Below are positions 28,629 to 39,251 of a stretch of DNA of 64,000 nt, one piece after another. The notes under the pieces were generated by a model, which did not search any database, was not told the origin of the DNA, and saw only the letters and a list, made by a program, of their open reading frames with translations. Numbering within the stretch: position 1 is the stretch's first letter; every line of letters starts with the position of its first letter. Source of the DNA: Trichormus sp. ATA11-4-KO1 (GTDB taxonomy: Bacteria > Cyanobacteriota > Cyanobacteriia > Cyanobacteriales > Nostocaceae); assembly GCA_019358915.1 (NCBI GenBank), contig JAHHIM010000073.1, positions 1 to 64,000 of the forward strand, in the 5' to 3' direction. The translations under genes and the position numbers were made by a program.

Positions 28629-29837
28629 TTACTTCTTTTGGGGATAAGTTCCTGATTGCACTTTGAGAGTTTGAATTTTACCACTGCGGTTAACTTCAAT
28701 TGCCAGGATATCGCCAACTGTGCTGGACTCTACTAGTTTCTGTACTTGGGCTGCTATGTTCACTGGTCTACCGTTAATTTTTTGAATTATATCCCCAGGC
28801 AGCAGCCCCGCCTCTTTTGCTGGTGAGTCATCCATGACTCCTTTAATTACCACACCAGTTTCTTGCTGAATGTTGAGATTTTTTTCTTGATTCAGCTCGC
28901 GTTTTTTGTTGGGAGATAAATCAGTCATTTCAATTCCCAAGAAAGGATGTTCTGCACGCCCTTTAGTAAATAGTTCATTAGCAATGCGGGCAGCAGTTTC
29001 AATAGGGATAGCAAAACCCAATCCTTGAGCATCGGCGCGAATAGCAGTGTTAACACCAATCACTTCACCTTGGGCATTTAACAAAGGCCCGCCGGAGTTA
29101 CCAGGGTTAATGGCTGCATCAGTTTGAATAAAGCTAACTCGCTTATCTGGGACACCGACTTGAGCGCTAGTGCGATCAGTCGCGCTGATAATGCCAATGG
29201 TGACAGTATTATCTAAACCTAAAGGATTACCAATAGCGATCGCCCATTGTCCTGGGATTAAATTTTGTGAATTGCCCAGCTTGACTGTGGGCAATTTATT
29301 TTCGGGAATTTTGACTACTGCCACATCTGTAATGGCATCAACTCCCACCACCTTACCTTCAAAAGTCCGACCATCCTTAAGAGTCACTTGTACAGTATCT
29401 GTATCTGCAACCACATGAGCATTAGTCAGTAATTCCCCATTTTCGCTCAAAATAAATCCCGAACCCGTACCGCGCTCAATCCGTTCTTGGGGAATTGGTT
29501 GCTCATCCTCTCCAAAAAATCGGCGCAACAGTGGATTTTTCAAAGCTTCTGAAATGGGATTAGCCACTTTGCGAGTGGCATTAATGCGTACTACCGCCGG
29601 GCCGACTTTTTGCACTGCCGTAGCAATAAAATTCAGATTATCGCCCCCATCCGCTCCCATACCTCCGCTTACAGGATTAGGAACTACAGATTCTGGAGGC
29701 AAAGCCACTGTTACATTTCTTAATTGTTGGAACGAGCGATTGTAAGGCAGGAGATAACGACTCCCATATAATCCTGCACCACCACCCATCGCCAGTAAAG
29801 ATAGATAAATAACTAGTTGCTTTAAGGATAAATTCAT
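28629..29837 (-). CDS. HtrA/HhoA/HhoB-family serine protease with a PDZ domain
   Basis: TNAHVV, TDVAVVK and AINPGNSGGPL catalytic triad motifs; C-terminal PDZ. Confidence 0.93.
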   Translation of the reverse strand: MNLSLKQLVIYLSLLAMGGGAGLYGSRYLLPYNRSFQQLRNVTVALPPESVVPNPVSGGMGADGGDNLNFIATAVQKVGPAVVRINATRKVANPISEALKNPLLRRFFGEDEQPIPQERIERGTGSGFILSENGELLTNAHVVADTDTVQVTLKDGRTFEGKVVGVDAITDVAVVKIPENKLPTVKLGNSQNLIPGQWAIAIGNPLGLDNTVTIGIISATDRTSAQVGVPDKRVSFIQTDAAINPGNSGGPLLNAQGEVIGVNTAIRADAQGLGFAIPIETAARIANELFTKGRAEHPFLGIEMTDLSPNKKRELNQEKNLNIQQETGVVIKGVMDDSPAKEAGLLPGDIIQKINGRPVNIAAQVQKLVESSTVGDILAIEVNRSGKIQTLKVQSGTYPQKK

Positions 29838-30069
29838 AATGATTACGTTTAAGGAAAGCAGTGCAGTTGCTAATTTCTAAGTGTAGTCAAGCAAAAGGCA
29901 AGTGGACAGATAAATTTACATACAAAAACCAAGTTTTTGCTTAAGGAATTGGGGATCAAGTTAGGGAGCAGAAGGGAACGTAAAACCTAATTCTTCTCGT
30001 CTTGCTTCTCAGCCATGCCCCATTCCCCAACTAAAATCTAAAGTTAAGCTCTCTTGACGTGTATAATAT

Positions 30070-30948
30070 ATGAATTTTCCCTATCGTCTACTTTTGCTCT
30101 GTAGCCTAGTTGGCGCTGTCGGGCTAGCATCTACACCCCTATACTCCAGCAGAGTTCATGCTGCTGCCAGTTGCCCAACTCCAGCCCTATCTCGCTTTCA
30201 GCGCCATAAAGTTGCTCGTGGTGAAACCTTGGAGAGCATAGCGCAGCGCTATAATCTCGTTCCGGTAACGATTATCGATATGAATCCAAGTTTAAGAAAT
30301 GGTAAAGTTACTGTTGGTAGTGAGCTTCAGATTCCTCCCTACAATGGGATTGTGGTAGAAGTACCTCGCGGCCAAACTTGGCGACAAGTAGCAGAAAAGT
30401 ATCAAGTCCGTGCCGATACGCTGTTTGAGATTAATGGCTGTCAACAAGATCCCAGAATCGTGTTTGTTCCCAGGGCAAGTGGTTCGCCAAATCGTCCCAT
30501 TACCGAGTCTCCCGCGCCTGCTGATACCAAACCTGTATCTATAGCTGGGTATCCCTTGCGAGAACAAGCATCTGTGACATTACCTTATGGCTGGCAGATT
30601 AATCCTACGACTGGTGAAGTGTTCTTTCATAGCGGTGTGGATTTGTTAGCCGCAGTGGGTAGTCCTGTACAGGCGATCGCTCCGGGAACTATAGTGTTTG
30701 CTGATGAGCAAGGTAGTTATGGTAATTTGGTCATTGTTAATCACAGTGGCGGACTCCAAAGCCGCTATGCGCATCTTGACAGTATCAAAGTTACTGTTGG
30801 TCAGAAAGTTAACGAAGGAGACTTGCTAGGAACTGTTGGCACTACCGGACAACCTGCTGCTACTCAACCACATCTCCATTTTGAAGTGCGTTCTAGCTCA
30901 GATTTGGGTTGGGTGGCAGAAGATCCTCAAGATTATCTGAAGCAATGA
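30070..30948 (+). CDS. LysM + M23 metallopeptidase
   Basis: LysM (HKVARGETLESIAQRY); HSGVD and HLHFE motifs. Confidence 0.9.
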   Translation: MNFPYRLLLLCSLVGAVGLASTPLYSSRVHAAASCPTPALSRFQRHKVARGETLESIAQRYNLVPVTIIDMNPSLRNGKVTVGSELQIPPYNGIVVEVPRGQTWRQVAEKYQVRADTLFEINGCQQDPRIVFVPRASGSPNRPITESPAPADTKPVSIAGYPLREQASVTLPYGWQINPTTGEVFFHSGVDLLAAVGSPVQAIAPGTIVFADEQGSYGNLVIVNHSGGLQSRYAHLDSIKVTVGQKVNEGDLLGTVGTTGQPAATQPHLHFEVRSSSDLGWVAEDPQDYLKQ

Positions 30949-30980
30949 GGTTTTTTCAATATCCAGTGATTTCTCTGGAT

Positions 30981-32018
30981 TTATAGAAAGGATGCGATTG
31001 GTTGATGGGAATTGACTATGTGCATCCCAGCGTTAGCAAATTTGGTAAATGCTGTGTCTGCCTGTGCTGTGTAGTCAACTACACCAGGGACAACAACGGG
31101 GGATGTGCAATCTTCTAGCAAATAAATTTTTTGGGCAAGGGTTGCGTCTACCTCTTGGATTTCTATTAACAAATCGTCAATTGTCCAGGCTACGCAGTGG
31201 CTTTTGGCTTGACCAGCAATAATCACAGCATCAAATTCTAAAAGTTGCTGAATTAAGCGTGTGTTTTTTTGGGCAAGTGGATTTTGGTCAAAACCTTGTA
31301 ATACCTCTGGACGTAAAACAGAATAGTTTTCTGTTAAGGGATTATCACCTTTAATTTCAAATTGTGTCTGGCTTTGACGGGTAATACAGTGGAAAAATAT
31401 GGCTTCTTCTATTGATGAAACTAAAGCATGACCAATGCCACCTAACATAGAATGATAAGGCCAAATAGTTAGGGGATATTTACCATCTTGACTTAGTTGT
31501 TTAACGTAATGGTAAGCATGTTTTTCTAATAATTCATAATTGCCATTAGTAATACTATTAGCAACTGCTGGATTAACTTTCCAGATGCCTTGTTCAATAT
31601 CTGCTGGAGTAATGTTAGTTGCTGCTGGTGTAGGGTGTTCACCTGCGGCGTTCACCCAAAAAATAGGATGAAAAATTTGCGTTGCTGTGTGAGTATCTAG
31701 AGTAGGTACAATTTTGGTGATGACACCCAAATTGCGATAGATAAATTCACACAATCGCCGATTATCATCTACTGCCCCAGTGCCAGATTTTCCACCCACG
31801 AATAATTCAAATCCGGGGATACAGAAAGTATTTTGCACATCAATTAACAGTAGGCAAATTTGTTTTTTGTCTGAAGAAGCTGGTGGGATATTGTACTGTT
31901 TCGCCCAGGCTTCTGCTTCTACTGCACGTTCTTGGTAAGATACACGCCAGACTTCACCGACTTTTTGGGGGTTAAAGTGCGCGGGAATTGGTAGTTGAGT
32001 TTTGATTATATTATTCAT
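30981..32018 (-). CDS. Isochorismatase/nicotinamidase-like cysteine hydrolase
   Basis: LLLIDVQNTFC, TLDTH, WPYH and GQAKSHCV motifs. Confidence 0.82.
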   Translation of the reverse strand: MNNIIKTQLPIPAHFNPQKVGEVWRVSYQERAVEAEAWAKQYNIPPASSDKKQICLLLIDVQNTFCIPGFELFVGGKSGTGAVDDNRRLCEFIYRNLGVITKIVPTLDTHTATQIFHPIFWVNAAGEHPTPAATNITPADIEQGIWKVNPAVANSITNGNYELLEKHAYHYVKQLSQDGKYPLTIWPYHSMLGGIGHALVSSIEEAIFFHCITRQSQTQFEIKGDNPLTENYSVLRPEVLQGFDQNPLAQKNTRLIQQLLEFDAVIIAGQAKSHCVAWTIDDLLIEIQEVDATLAQKIYLLEDCTSPVVVPGVVDYTAQADTAFTKFANAGMHIVNSHQPIASFL

Positions 32019-32037
32019 ATAACATTATTTAATTAAC

Positions 32038-32132
32038 GGGACTTACGCAAAATTATGAAAAAATGTATCGCTAAAGCGAAGCGTCTTGAAGAGAATGGAA
32101 AGAGGGTTTCAGAGAGTTATTGCATAAGTCCT
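32038..32132. mobile_element. MITE-like element with (A/G)GGACTTACGCAA-type terminal inverted repeats
   Basis: GGGACTTACGCAA ... TTGCATAAGTCCT; related ends at 112-123 (TGCGTAACTCCT) and 50482-50491. Confidence 0.65.
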
Positions 32133-32152
32133 AATTAAGTTGAATAATTTAT

Positions 32153-32437
32153 CTAATAAACATCATCATGTGAACCCAAAGTCAATAGAAATATTTCTTC
32201 TTCTTCTGAATCAGGATTCTTAACAAACTTAAATAAAATACGATGACTATAGTTAATTGAACAAGACCATACCCCCGATAAATCTCCTTTCAGTTTGTGA
32301 CTACGTAAAATAGGCTGCAAGGGGTCTTCGGCTATTTGTTGTAATACTTGCTCAATTGAAGAACGCAATTCGGGATTTTTTTTGACTAAATGTTTAAACG
32401 CACGAACGAAGGTTGGACTCCAAACCAAGTTTTTCAT
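32153..32437 (-). CDS. RelE/YafQ-family toxin
   Basis: LRSHKLKGDLSGVWSCSINYSHRI and LGSHDDVY motifs. Confidence 0.88.
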   Translation of the reverse strand: MKNLVWSPTFVRAFKHLVKKNPELRSSIEQVLQQIAEDPLQPILRSHKLKGDLSGVWSCSINYSHRILFKFVKNPDSEEEEIFLLTLGSHDDVY

Positions 32438-32652
32438 GCGTCTAAATCTGCCATCAAATCTGCAACTGAGCCACGTCTGATATTACCCTGAGTATAGTCA
32501 CTCTCAGCTTGTGTTACTTCTTTTAATAAGGCATCCCGTTGTTGTTGTTTAAGACGATTTTGAATAATATACACAAGCATAGCCTGTTCCTCTAGTTCCA
32601 GTGCTTCCACAACCTCTATAACTTTTTGGAAAGTTGATGTTTTTTCTAGCAT
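32434..32652 (-). CDS. Putative cognate antitoxin
   Basis: 72 aa, 4-nt ATGA overlap with the toxin; C-terminal GSVADLMADL. Confidence 0.75.
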   Translation of the reverse strand: MLEKTSTFQKVIEVVEALELEEQAMLVYIIQNRLKQQQRDALLKEVTQAESDYTQGNIRRGSVADLMADLDA

Positions 32653-32789
32653 GAGTTTTAAACAATGGGGTGATAATTCTAATTTAGTTGGTAGTACGGG
32701 CGATCGCCTATAAATTTTTTCTCTAGTACATTCATATTATTACATATCTAGCGATCACTTCCATAATACCGTGATAAAGTACTCAAGTT

Positions 32790-33761
32790 TTACAAATTTC
32801 TTAATATGGCTAACCTTGCATCTAACCAATCGTCTGTAAACCAGCCATAAGGCAAAATATCCTCACCTGCATTAGCACTGATTCCCATAACCCAAATATG
32901 AGCAGCTTGAGTAAATATGGGAATTGATGCTAGTTCAAATTCACTAAGTCGGCGAATAGCTTGATAACCATCAATAAATTTATCTCGAACTTTAAAATCT
33001 ATCTTCATTCTCAGTGATGCGTGCAAAAATTTTGCAATATCAAAAGCACGCCAGCCATAACCACACTGATCAAAGTCAAATAACGTAGGCTGGTTTTGTT
33101 CGGTAAAATGAGCATTTCCTGAGTGGACATCACCTATGCAAATTCCATACTCAGGTGCGGATAAAGGTAAGTTTAAGACTGCAAATTGAGATTTAATTTT
33201 GTCTATAGTGTGCTGGAGATAATTAATATCATCTTGTCGGTGTTTGTATAGAGATATAATTGCTGCTATTGACCAATCAAGTAAATATTCATGATTCAAT
33301 ATAGGACGAGCAAAATTAGTGTGATAATTATCTAAGCTCTGATGCATTTTAGCGAGTGTTTCCCCTAAAATATAACTTTGCTCAGTATCTAATTTTTCAT
33401 TAACTGCTTGCCCCATAGCGTAAGAAAATAAAGCTGCATAGCGCATACCTTCAGGCGTTAGAATTTCTGTAGTAAAACTACCATTTTTGTGATAAATAGG
33501 ATATGCCACTGGCTGCTTTTGCTCATGTAAAAATGCTAGCAATGCCAGTTCAAAATCAATTTCTTGCTTATTTCTCCAGCTACGCCGATAAATTCGCAGA
33601 ATATAATTTTCTGCCTCAGTTTCTACAAGATACGTATCATTCAGCCCTCGCTTGTATAACTTACAGCTATGTGGCTGGGGAATGGGATACTCATGCAGTA
33701 CGGTGGTCATTAAAGCTACACCGTCAGGAATTGAATGAATTACAGGAATTGAGAAGATCAT
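32790..33761 (-). CDS. APH/type II homoserine kinase-like phosphotransferase
   Basis: NDTYLV, YILRIYR, GDVHSGN and LFDFDQCG motifs. Confidence 0.85.
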   Translation of the reverse strand: MIFSIPVIHSIPDGVALMTTVLHEYPIPQPHSCKLYKRGLNDTYLVETEAENYILRIYRRSWRNKQEIDFELALLAFLHEQKQPVAYPIYHKNGSFTTEILTPEGMRYAALFSYAMGQAVNEKLDTEQSYILGETLAKMHQSLDNYHTNFARPILNHEYLLDWSIAAIISLYKHRQDDINYLQHTIDKIKSQFAVLNLPLSAPEYGICIGDVHSGNAHFTEQNQPTLFDFDQCGYGWRAFDIAKFLHASLRMKIDFKVRDKFIDGYQAIRRLSEFELASIPIFTQAAHIWVMGISANAGEDILPYGWFTDDWLDARLAILRNL

Positions 33762-33999
33762 AAATCATAAAATTATAGGTGCTGCTAATGGTATTGATAA
33801 CTCAGTCAGCAAGCGATCGCTACTCAAATCAAGAACTCGAAAGTTGTGTTCCAGCTTGCTATCTCCCTAAGTCTGATTTCTGATTTTTTATTTTCTCTTC
33901 TGCTATCTCATTGCCCAAAAAAGCCTCAGCTATGGCAATCTGAGAGACAGAGACTTTCAACCGGATATTTTAAATACAGCAAATTTACCTAATTAGGTT

Positions 34000-35226
34000 A
34001 TGCAAACTCTGCCAACTCTTACAACATCCAACACCACAACAGACCAATCCATCTTTGATACCACAATCAAGCGGCGCAAAACCCGGCCTGTCCAGGTGGG
34101 AAATGTCACCATTGGCGGTGGCTACCCAGTAGTGGTGCAGTCGATGATTAACGAGGACACTCTTGATATCGATGGTTCTGTGGCCGCTATTCGTCGTTTA
34201 CACGAAATTGGCTGTGAGATTGTCCGCGTCACAGTGCCAAGTATGGCTCACGCTAGAGTGATGGCGGAAATTAAACAAAAATTAATAAAAACCTACCAAG
34301 ATGTGCCAATTGTGGCTGATGTACATCACAATGGCATGAAAATTGCTCTGGAAGTCGCTAAGCACATAGAAAAAGTGCGAATTAATCCGGGGTTGTATGT
34401 ATTTGAGAAACCAAACTCTAATAGAAATGAATATACTAAAGCCGAATTTGATGAAATTGGCGACAAAATCCGTGAAACACTAGAACCTTTGGTGGTTTCC
34501 TTGCGAGATCAAGGTAAAGCAATGCGAATTGGGGTAAATCACGGTTCTCTGGCGGAAAGAATGCTATTTACCTACGGCGATACCCCAGAAGGCATGGTGG
34601 AATCTGCCTTAGAGTTTATTCGCATTTGTGAATCTTTAGATTTCCGTAACTTGGTAATTTCCATGAAAGCTTCACGGGTTCCTGTGATGGTAGCCGCCTA
34701 TCGCCTCATGGCCAAACGCTTGGATGAACTGGGTATGGATTATCCGTTGCATTTAGGTGTGACAGAAGCCGGTGATGGCGAATATGGACGGATTAAATCT
34801 ACAGCCGGGATTGCCACATTGCTGGCTGATGGCATTGGTGACACAATTCGCGTATCACTGACAGAACCACCAGAAAAAGAAATTCCCGTCTGCTACAGCA
34901 TTCTCCAAGCTTTAGGATTGCGGAAAACAATGGTGGAGTATGTCGCTTGTCCTTCTTGTGGACGGACTTTGTTTAACTTAGAGGAAGTATTGCACAAAGT
35001 CCGGGAAGCAACTAAACACTTAACTGGACTTGACATAGCTGTTATGGGTTGCATTGTCAATGGCCCTGGAGAAATGGCAGATGCCGACTATGGTTATGTT
35101 GGCAAGACCCCTGGTTATATTTCGTTATATCGTGGTCGAGAAGAAATTAAAAAAGTCCCTGAGTCCCAAGGAGTACAAGAGCTGATTAACCTAATTAAGA
35201 CAGATGGGCGTTGGGTAGAACCGTAA
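34000..35226 (+). CDS. ispG: (E)-4-hydroxy-3-methylbut-2-enyl-diphosphate synthase
   Basis: [33 protein letters not shown] and [10 protein letters not shown] motifs. Confidence 0.97.
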   Translation: MQTLPTLTTSNTTTDQSIFDTTIKRRKTRPVQVGNVTIGGGYPVVVQSMINEDTLDIDGSVAAIRRLHEIGCEIVRVTVPSMAHARVMAEIKQKLIKTYQDVPIVADVHHNGMKIALEVAKHIEKVRINPGLYVFEKPNSNRNEYTKAEFDEIGDKIRETLEPLVVSLRDQGKAMRIGVNHGSLAERMLFTYGDTPEGMVESALEFIRICESLDFRNLVISMKASRVPVMVAAYRLMAKRLDELGMDYPLHLGVTEAGDGEYGRIKSTAGIATLLADGIGDTIRVSLTEPPEKEIPVCYSILQALGLRKTMVEYVACPSCGRTLFNLEEVLHKVREATKHLTGLDIAVMGCIVNGPGEMADADYGYVGKTPGYISLYRGREEIKKVPESQGVQELINLIKTDGRWVEP

Positions 35227-35282
35227 AAGACAAGGAGACAAGGGGACAAGAACAAAAATACTTCCTTATCCCCCTATCTCCC

Positions 35283-35455
35283 CAGGGCTGTTTCATTCGC
35301 TTGTGTTGGAGATTTGTCAAGAGGATAATCTCACGCAAAGGCGCAAAGACGCAAAGAAAAATCAGGTATTTCGGACTGAAGATGCCAAAATTTTTGGTCT
35401 TAATTGTGGATTTGCCCTTGCAATTTTAACCCTTTTAGGGAAAGAATCAGCCCTG
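35283..35455. mobile_element. 173-bp MITE with ISAs1-like ends and a 10-bp target duplication
   Basis: TIRs CAGGGCTGTTTCATTCGCT and CAGGGCTGATTCTTTCCCT (16/19); CCTATCTCCC on both sides (35273-35282, 35456-35465). Confidence 0.8.
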
Positions 35456-35652
35456 CCTATCTCCCTATCCCCCTATCTCCCCATCTCCCCATCTCCCCAC
35501 TCCCTGAATTTCTTCATCTCCACTTAACAAGATAGCCGGATTGTCAAGTATTTTCATGAAATTAGAAATACATGCCTCGTCTGTACAGTGTTACCCTGTG
35601 TTAGATTGGGCATACTGACTATAAAATTTCTCCCTCTGACACAGCTGTCATT

Positions 35653-36939
35653 ATGGTGATTACAAAAAGTAGACTTGTTTTGGGTGCTACGGCAGTGACG
35701 CTTTCCACGATTGCTGTTACTAGCCTGGGCATTCACTCGCGAGGTCAGGCTTTATTTAAAGCAAGTCCCAAGGAATTAGTAGATGAAGTTTGGCAAATTG
35801 TTCAGCGCCAATACGTAGACGGTACTTTTAATCAAGTAGATTGGCAGGCTGTGCGGAAGGAGTACTTGGGCAAGTCCTACAGTAGTCAGCAAGATGCCTA
35901 TAAGTCCATCCGGGAAATGCTGAAGGTACTCGATGATCCTTACACCCGGTTTATGGACCCAGAGGAATTCAAGAACATGCAAGTAGACACCTCTGGAGAA
36001 CTTACAGGTATTGGCATCACAATCAGTCAAGATGAAGAAACGAAAAAGATTGTTGTGATTGCGCCAATAGAGGATACACCTGCATTTAAGGCGGGAGTTT
36101 TGGCTAAGGATGTAATCATCAAAATCAATGGGAAAAGCACTGAGGGGATGGATACTAACCAGGCAGTATCCATGATTCGAGGTGAACCAGGAACGAAGGT
36201 CAACCTGACAGTGCAACGGGACGGTCAAACAAAACAGTTTGATATCACACGGGCGCGGATTGAAATCCATCCAGTAAAGTATTCTGAAAAACAAACTCCG
36301 GCAGGTAAACTTGGTTACATACGCTTGAACCAGTTCAGCGCCAATGCTGGCGGGGAAATGCAAAGCGCTATTAGAGATTTAGAAAGGCAACGAGTAGCTG
36401 GATATATTCTGGATCTACGTGGTAACCCAGGCGGGTTACTGTTCTCCAGTGTGGAAATTGCTCGGATGTGGCTGGATAGAGGGACAATTGTTTCCACTAT
36501 TGACCGTCAAGGTGAGCAAGAGCGGGAAGTCGCAAGAGGACGTGCTTTGACGAATAAGCCACTGGTGGTGTTGGTAGATAAAGGATCAGCCAGTGCCAGT
36601 GAAATTCTCTCAGGAGCCTTGCAAGATAATAAACGTGCCGTTTTAGTTGGTACTCAAACCTTCGGTAAAGGTTTAGTGCAATCGGTGCGTCCCCTAGAAG
36701 ATGGATCAGGATTAGCGGTAACAATTGCTAAATACCATACACCCAGTGGGAAAGATATCAATAAACACGGGGTTGATCCAGATGTGACGGTGGAATTATC
36801 TGATGCCCAGCGTCAGGAATTGTGGCTCAACGAACGCGATAAACTTGCAACCCTAGCAGACCCTCAATTTGCTAAAGCAGTGGAGGTGATAGGTAAAGAA
36901 ATTGCTGCTAGAGGTATTACAAGCTCTGACAGGAAATAA
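35653..36939 (+). CDS. ctpC: Carboxyl-terminal processing protease (S41), CtpC-like
   Basis: DPYTRF, PDZ, LDLRGNPGG, SASASE and TFGKG motifs. The paralogue name rests on the recalled N-terminus. Confidence 0.8.
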   Translation: MVITKSRLVLGATAVTLSTIAVTSLGIHSRGQALFKASPKELVDEVWQIVQRQYVDGTFNQVDWQAVRKEYLGKSYSSQQDAYKSIREMLKVLDDPYTRFMDPEEFKNMQVDTSGELTGIGITISQDEETKKIVVIAPIEDTPAFKAGVLAKDVIIKINGKSTEGMDTNQAVSMIRGEPGTKVNLTVQRDGQTKQFDITRARIEIHPVKYSEKQTPAGKLGYIRLNQFSANAGGEMQSAIRDLERQRVAGYILDLRGNPGGLLFSSVEIARMWLDRGTIVSTIDRQGEQEREVARGRALTNKPLVVLVDKGSASASEILSGALQDNKRAVLVGTQTFGKGLVQSVRPLEDGSGLAVTIAKYHTPSGKDINKHGVDPDVTVELSDAQRQELWLNERDKLATLADPQFAKAVEVIGKEIAARGITSSDRK

Positions 36940-36958
36940 AAAAATCATCAATTTTTTC

Positions 36959-36997
36959 AGGTGTGTTATGACGTTTTGTCTAACGCACCTTTTTTTA
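36959..36997 (+). terminator. Rho-independent terminator
   Basis: AGGTGTGTTA...TAACGCACCT hairpin followed by a T run. Confidence 0.7.
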
Positions 36998-37104
36998 TAG
37001 GGAGTGGGGATTGGGGAGATGAAAAAAGCTGAGGTAGCTGGGGGAGTGAAAGTAAAGTTTCTCGCTAATAACTAATGACCAATGACTAATGACTAATGAC
37101 GTAT

Positions 37105-38247
37105 TTACAAAAGCACAGGCAAGGATTTGACTCCATGTATAGCCATTGAGGGAATAAACTCTAGCGCGGCATTTGGGTCAACGCGCAAATTTGGCAGGCG
37201 TTCCAACACTGCACTCAGCATGATTTTTCCTTCTAGCCGAGCTAAGGGTGCGCCCAAGCAAAAGTGAATGCCGTTGCCAAAAGACAAATGCGGATTTGGG
37301 TCACGATCAATGACAAATTCATCTGGGCGATCAAACTGAGTCTCATCTCGATTTGCCGCTCCTATCCAAACCAATAGCATTTGTCCTGCGGGAATCGTCT
37401 GTCCCGCCAGTTGGGTTTCGACTTTGGTAAAGCGTTCCATCCCCTGCACCGTTGAGCGATAGCGCAACACTTCCTCAATCCCCAGTGGCAGTAATTGAGG
37501 CGATCGCTTCAACCTTGCAAATGCCTCTGGATACTCGTTGAAGCAAAGAATAGCGTTACCTAACAGATTAGTTGTAGTTTCATTTCCGGCGACTAACAGC
37601 AAAATACAGAAAGCCACCAGTTCTTGCGCTGTCAATGTTTCACCGGCTTCATGGGCTGCAATCAAATCACTGAGCAAGTCTTTACCAGAATGTTGCCGTC
37701 GTTGTTTCAGTAGATCCCGGAAGTAGTCTGCCATTGCCTGCAATGCAGCCGGATCAGACACAATAATGCCATCTGACCAATGTTTGAAATCAGCACGATC
37801 TGCAACCGGAACACCGAGAATTTCCGCAATCACAATCACAGGTAGCGGAATTGCCAAGTCATGCATGAAGTCGATATTATTTTGTCCTTGAACTTTGTCG
37901 ATCAGTTCATGGGTAATTTGTGTAATGCGTGGTGCCAGTTCTTCTACCCGACGAGCAGTAAACACCTTTGCTACCAGAGAACGCAGCGATTGATGCTTGG
38001 GTGGGTCAGTATAGATGAGACTTTGAGTTAAATCTGTTTCCTCTGATAGATAGGGAATTTGAGACGAAAATGTTTGCCAATCTGCAAAGACTCGTTTCAC
38101 ATCTTCATAGCGAAATACCATCCAACTTTTTTGCTCTGCATCATAAAATACGGGTGACTCACGTCGCATCTGGGCATACCAGGGAAAGGGATTACCGATA
38201 AGCACAGAGTTTTGCTCTTTCATCGCAGACTGATTATCTGGTTGCAT
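37105..38247 (-). CDS. Cytochrome P450
   Basis: AGNETT (I helix), EEVLR (ExxR) and HLSFGNGIHFCLGAPLARLE (heme Cys) motifs. Confidence 0.95.
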   Translation of the reverse strand: MQPDNQSAMKEQNSVLIGNPFPWYAQMRRESPVFYDAEQKSWMVFRYEDVKRVFADWQTFSSQIPYLSEETDLTQSLIYTDPPKHQSLRSLVAKVFTARRVEELAPRITQITHELIDKVQGQNNIDFMHDLAIPLPVIVIAEILGVPVADRADFKHWSDGIIVSDPAALQAMADYFRDLLKQRRQHSGKDLLSDLIAAHEAGETLTAQELVAFCILLLVAGNETTTNLLGNAILCFNEYPEAFARLKRSPQLLPLGIEEVLRYRSTVQGMERFTKVETQLAGQTIPAGQMLLVWIGAANRDETQFDRPDEFVIDRDPNPHLSFGNGIHFCLGAPLARLEGKIMLSAVLERLPNLRVDPNAALEFIPSMAIHGVKSLPVLL

Positions 38248-38422
38248 AAAAAATATCCTGATGTCAATTCGTAGTTTTGAAACTTAGATACAGTGAAACT
38301 TTTATGACTGATACTTGTGGTCTAATTGGGCAAATTTGGTGTAAGTTATGAGTAATTTGCAGGACAAACTTGCTGAATGAAACTGAAGATTCATCAGCGT
38401 TCTGCAAATAGGTTGTGATCAA

Positions 38423-38998
38423 CTACTTTGACTTAGTAGCGACTCGCGTCATGGCAAACAACGCTTCTAAAACTTGAGTGCGAAGAGGTTCTTCGGGTGC
38501 GCCAACGTGAAACATTTCCGACAACCACAAACCATCGCTCGCCAAAAGAATTAGGGCTGCTTGAGTTTGATCAAGTCCATCTGTTGCAATGCGTTGTTGC
38601 CACTGCTGCTGATAGGTATGGGCAGATTCAAAGAGATGGGGTGAATTTGCCGCAATTGACGAGAGTTTCGCAATTAGCGCTAGAGATTGTTTGCTAATTT
38701 GCAATGATGCCCGAATGTATGCTCTCACCCACTGTCCTGGAGTCTCTGGTGCATCGTCTTGGTCATATTCGGCTTGCAGTGCCGTTTCAAAATCTTGGAT
38801 CAGTTGCTCAACCATCCCCTGCATTAATGCATCTTTGCTAGGGAAATGGTAAAGCAGCCCTCCTTTGCTGAATCCAGCTTTTTGAGCCACTGCATCTAAG
38901 GTTAACGCCTCAACACCTTCGTCAATTACAACTTGGCTGGCAGACCGCAGAAGCAATTCACGTGTAGTCGAGCGTTTTGACTTATTGTTAGCAGCCAT
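38423..38998 (-). CDS. TetR-family regulator
   Basis: LTLDAVAQKAGFSKGGLLYHFPSK and LASDGLW motifs. Confidence 0.9.
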   Translation of the reverse strand: MAANNKSKRSTTRELLLRSASQVVIDEGVEALTLDAVAQKAGFSKGGLLYHFPSKDALMQGMVEQLIQDFETALQAEYDQDDAPETPGQWVRAYIRASLQISKQSLALIAKLSSIAANSPHLFESAHTYQQQWQQRIATDGLDQTQAALILLASDGLWLSEMFHVGAPEEPLRTQVLEALFAMTRVATKSK

Positions 38999-39105
38999 AG
39001 GAATAACCAAGAAAGTAGTAGAGAATGCGGGTGCATGACATTACATTTGATAATCAAGGTATAGATTGCCAGCAAGGAGTATGCAAGTTCTCATAAATTA
39101 ACTAT

Positions 39106-39119
39106 ACCGTCTGGACGGT
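39106..39119. promoter_or_regulatory. Candidate TetR operator
   Basis: Palindrome ACCGTC-TG-GACGGT; on the minus strand it lies between TTGACA and a TATAGT-like -10. Confidence 0.7.
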
Positions 39120-39251
39120 TTTTGTCAAGCATGGTTTACCTTGTTTTTCTGGATCTGTTTTCAGGTGATCAATGCGATCGCTTAAACATTTCTCTTGCTG
39201 GGGGTATTGCGGTAAAGTTGCAAATAATCGTGCATTGAGGAGGAAAGATTC

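Noticed and set aside
32153..33761. RelE-type TA pair and phosphotransferase as further integron cassettes
   Set aside because: No TAAC...GTT attC-like hairpins were found flanking them.
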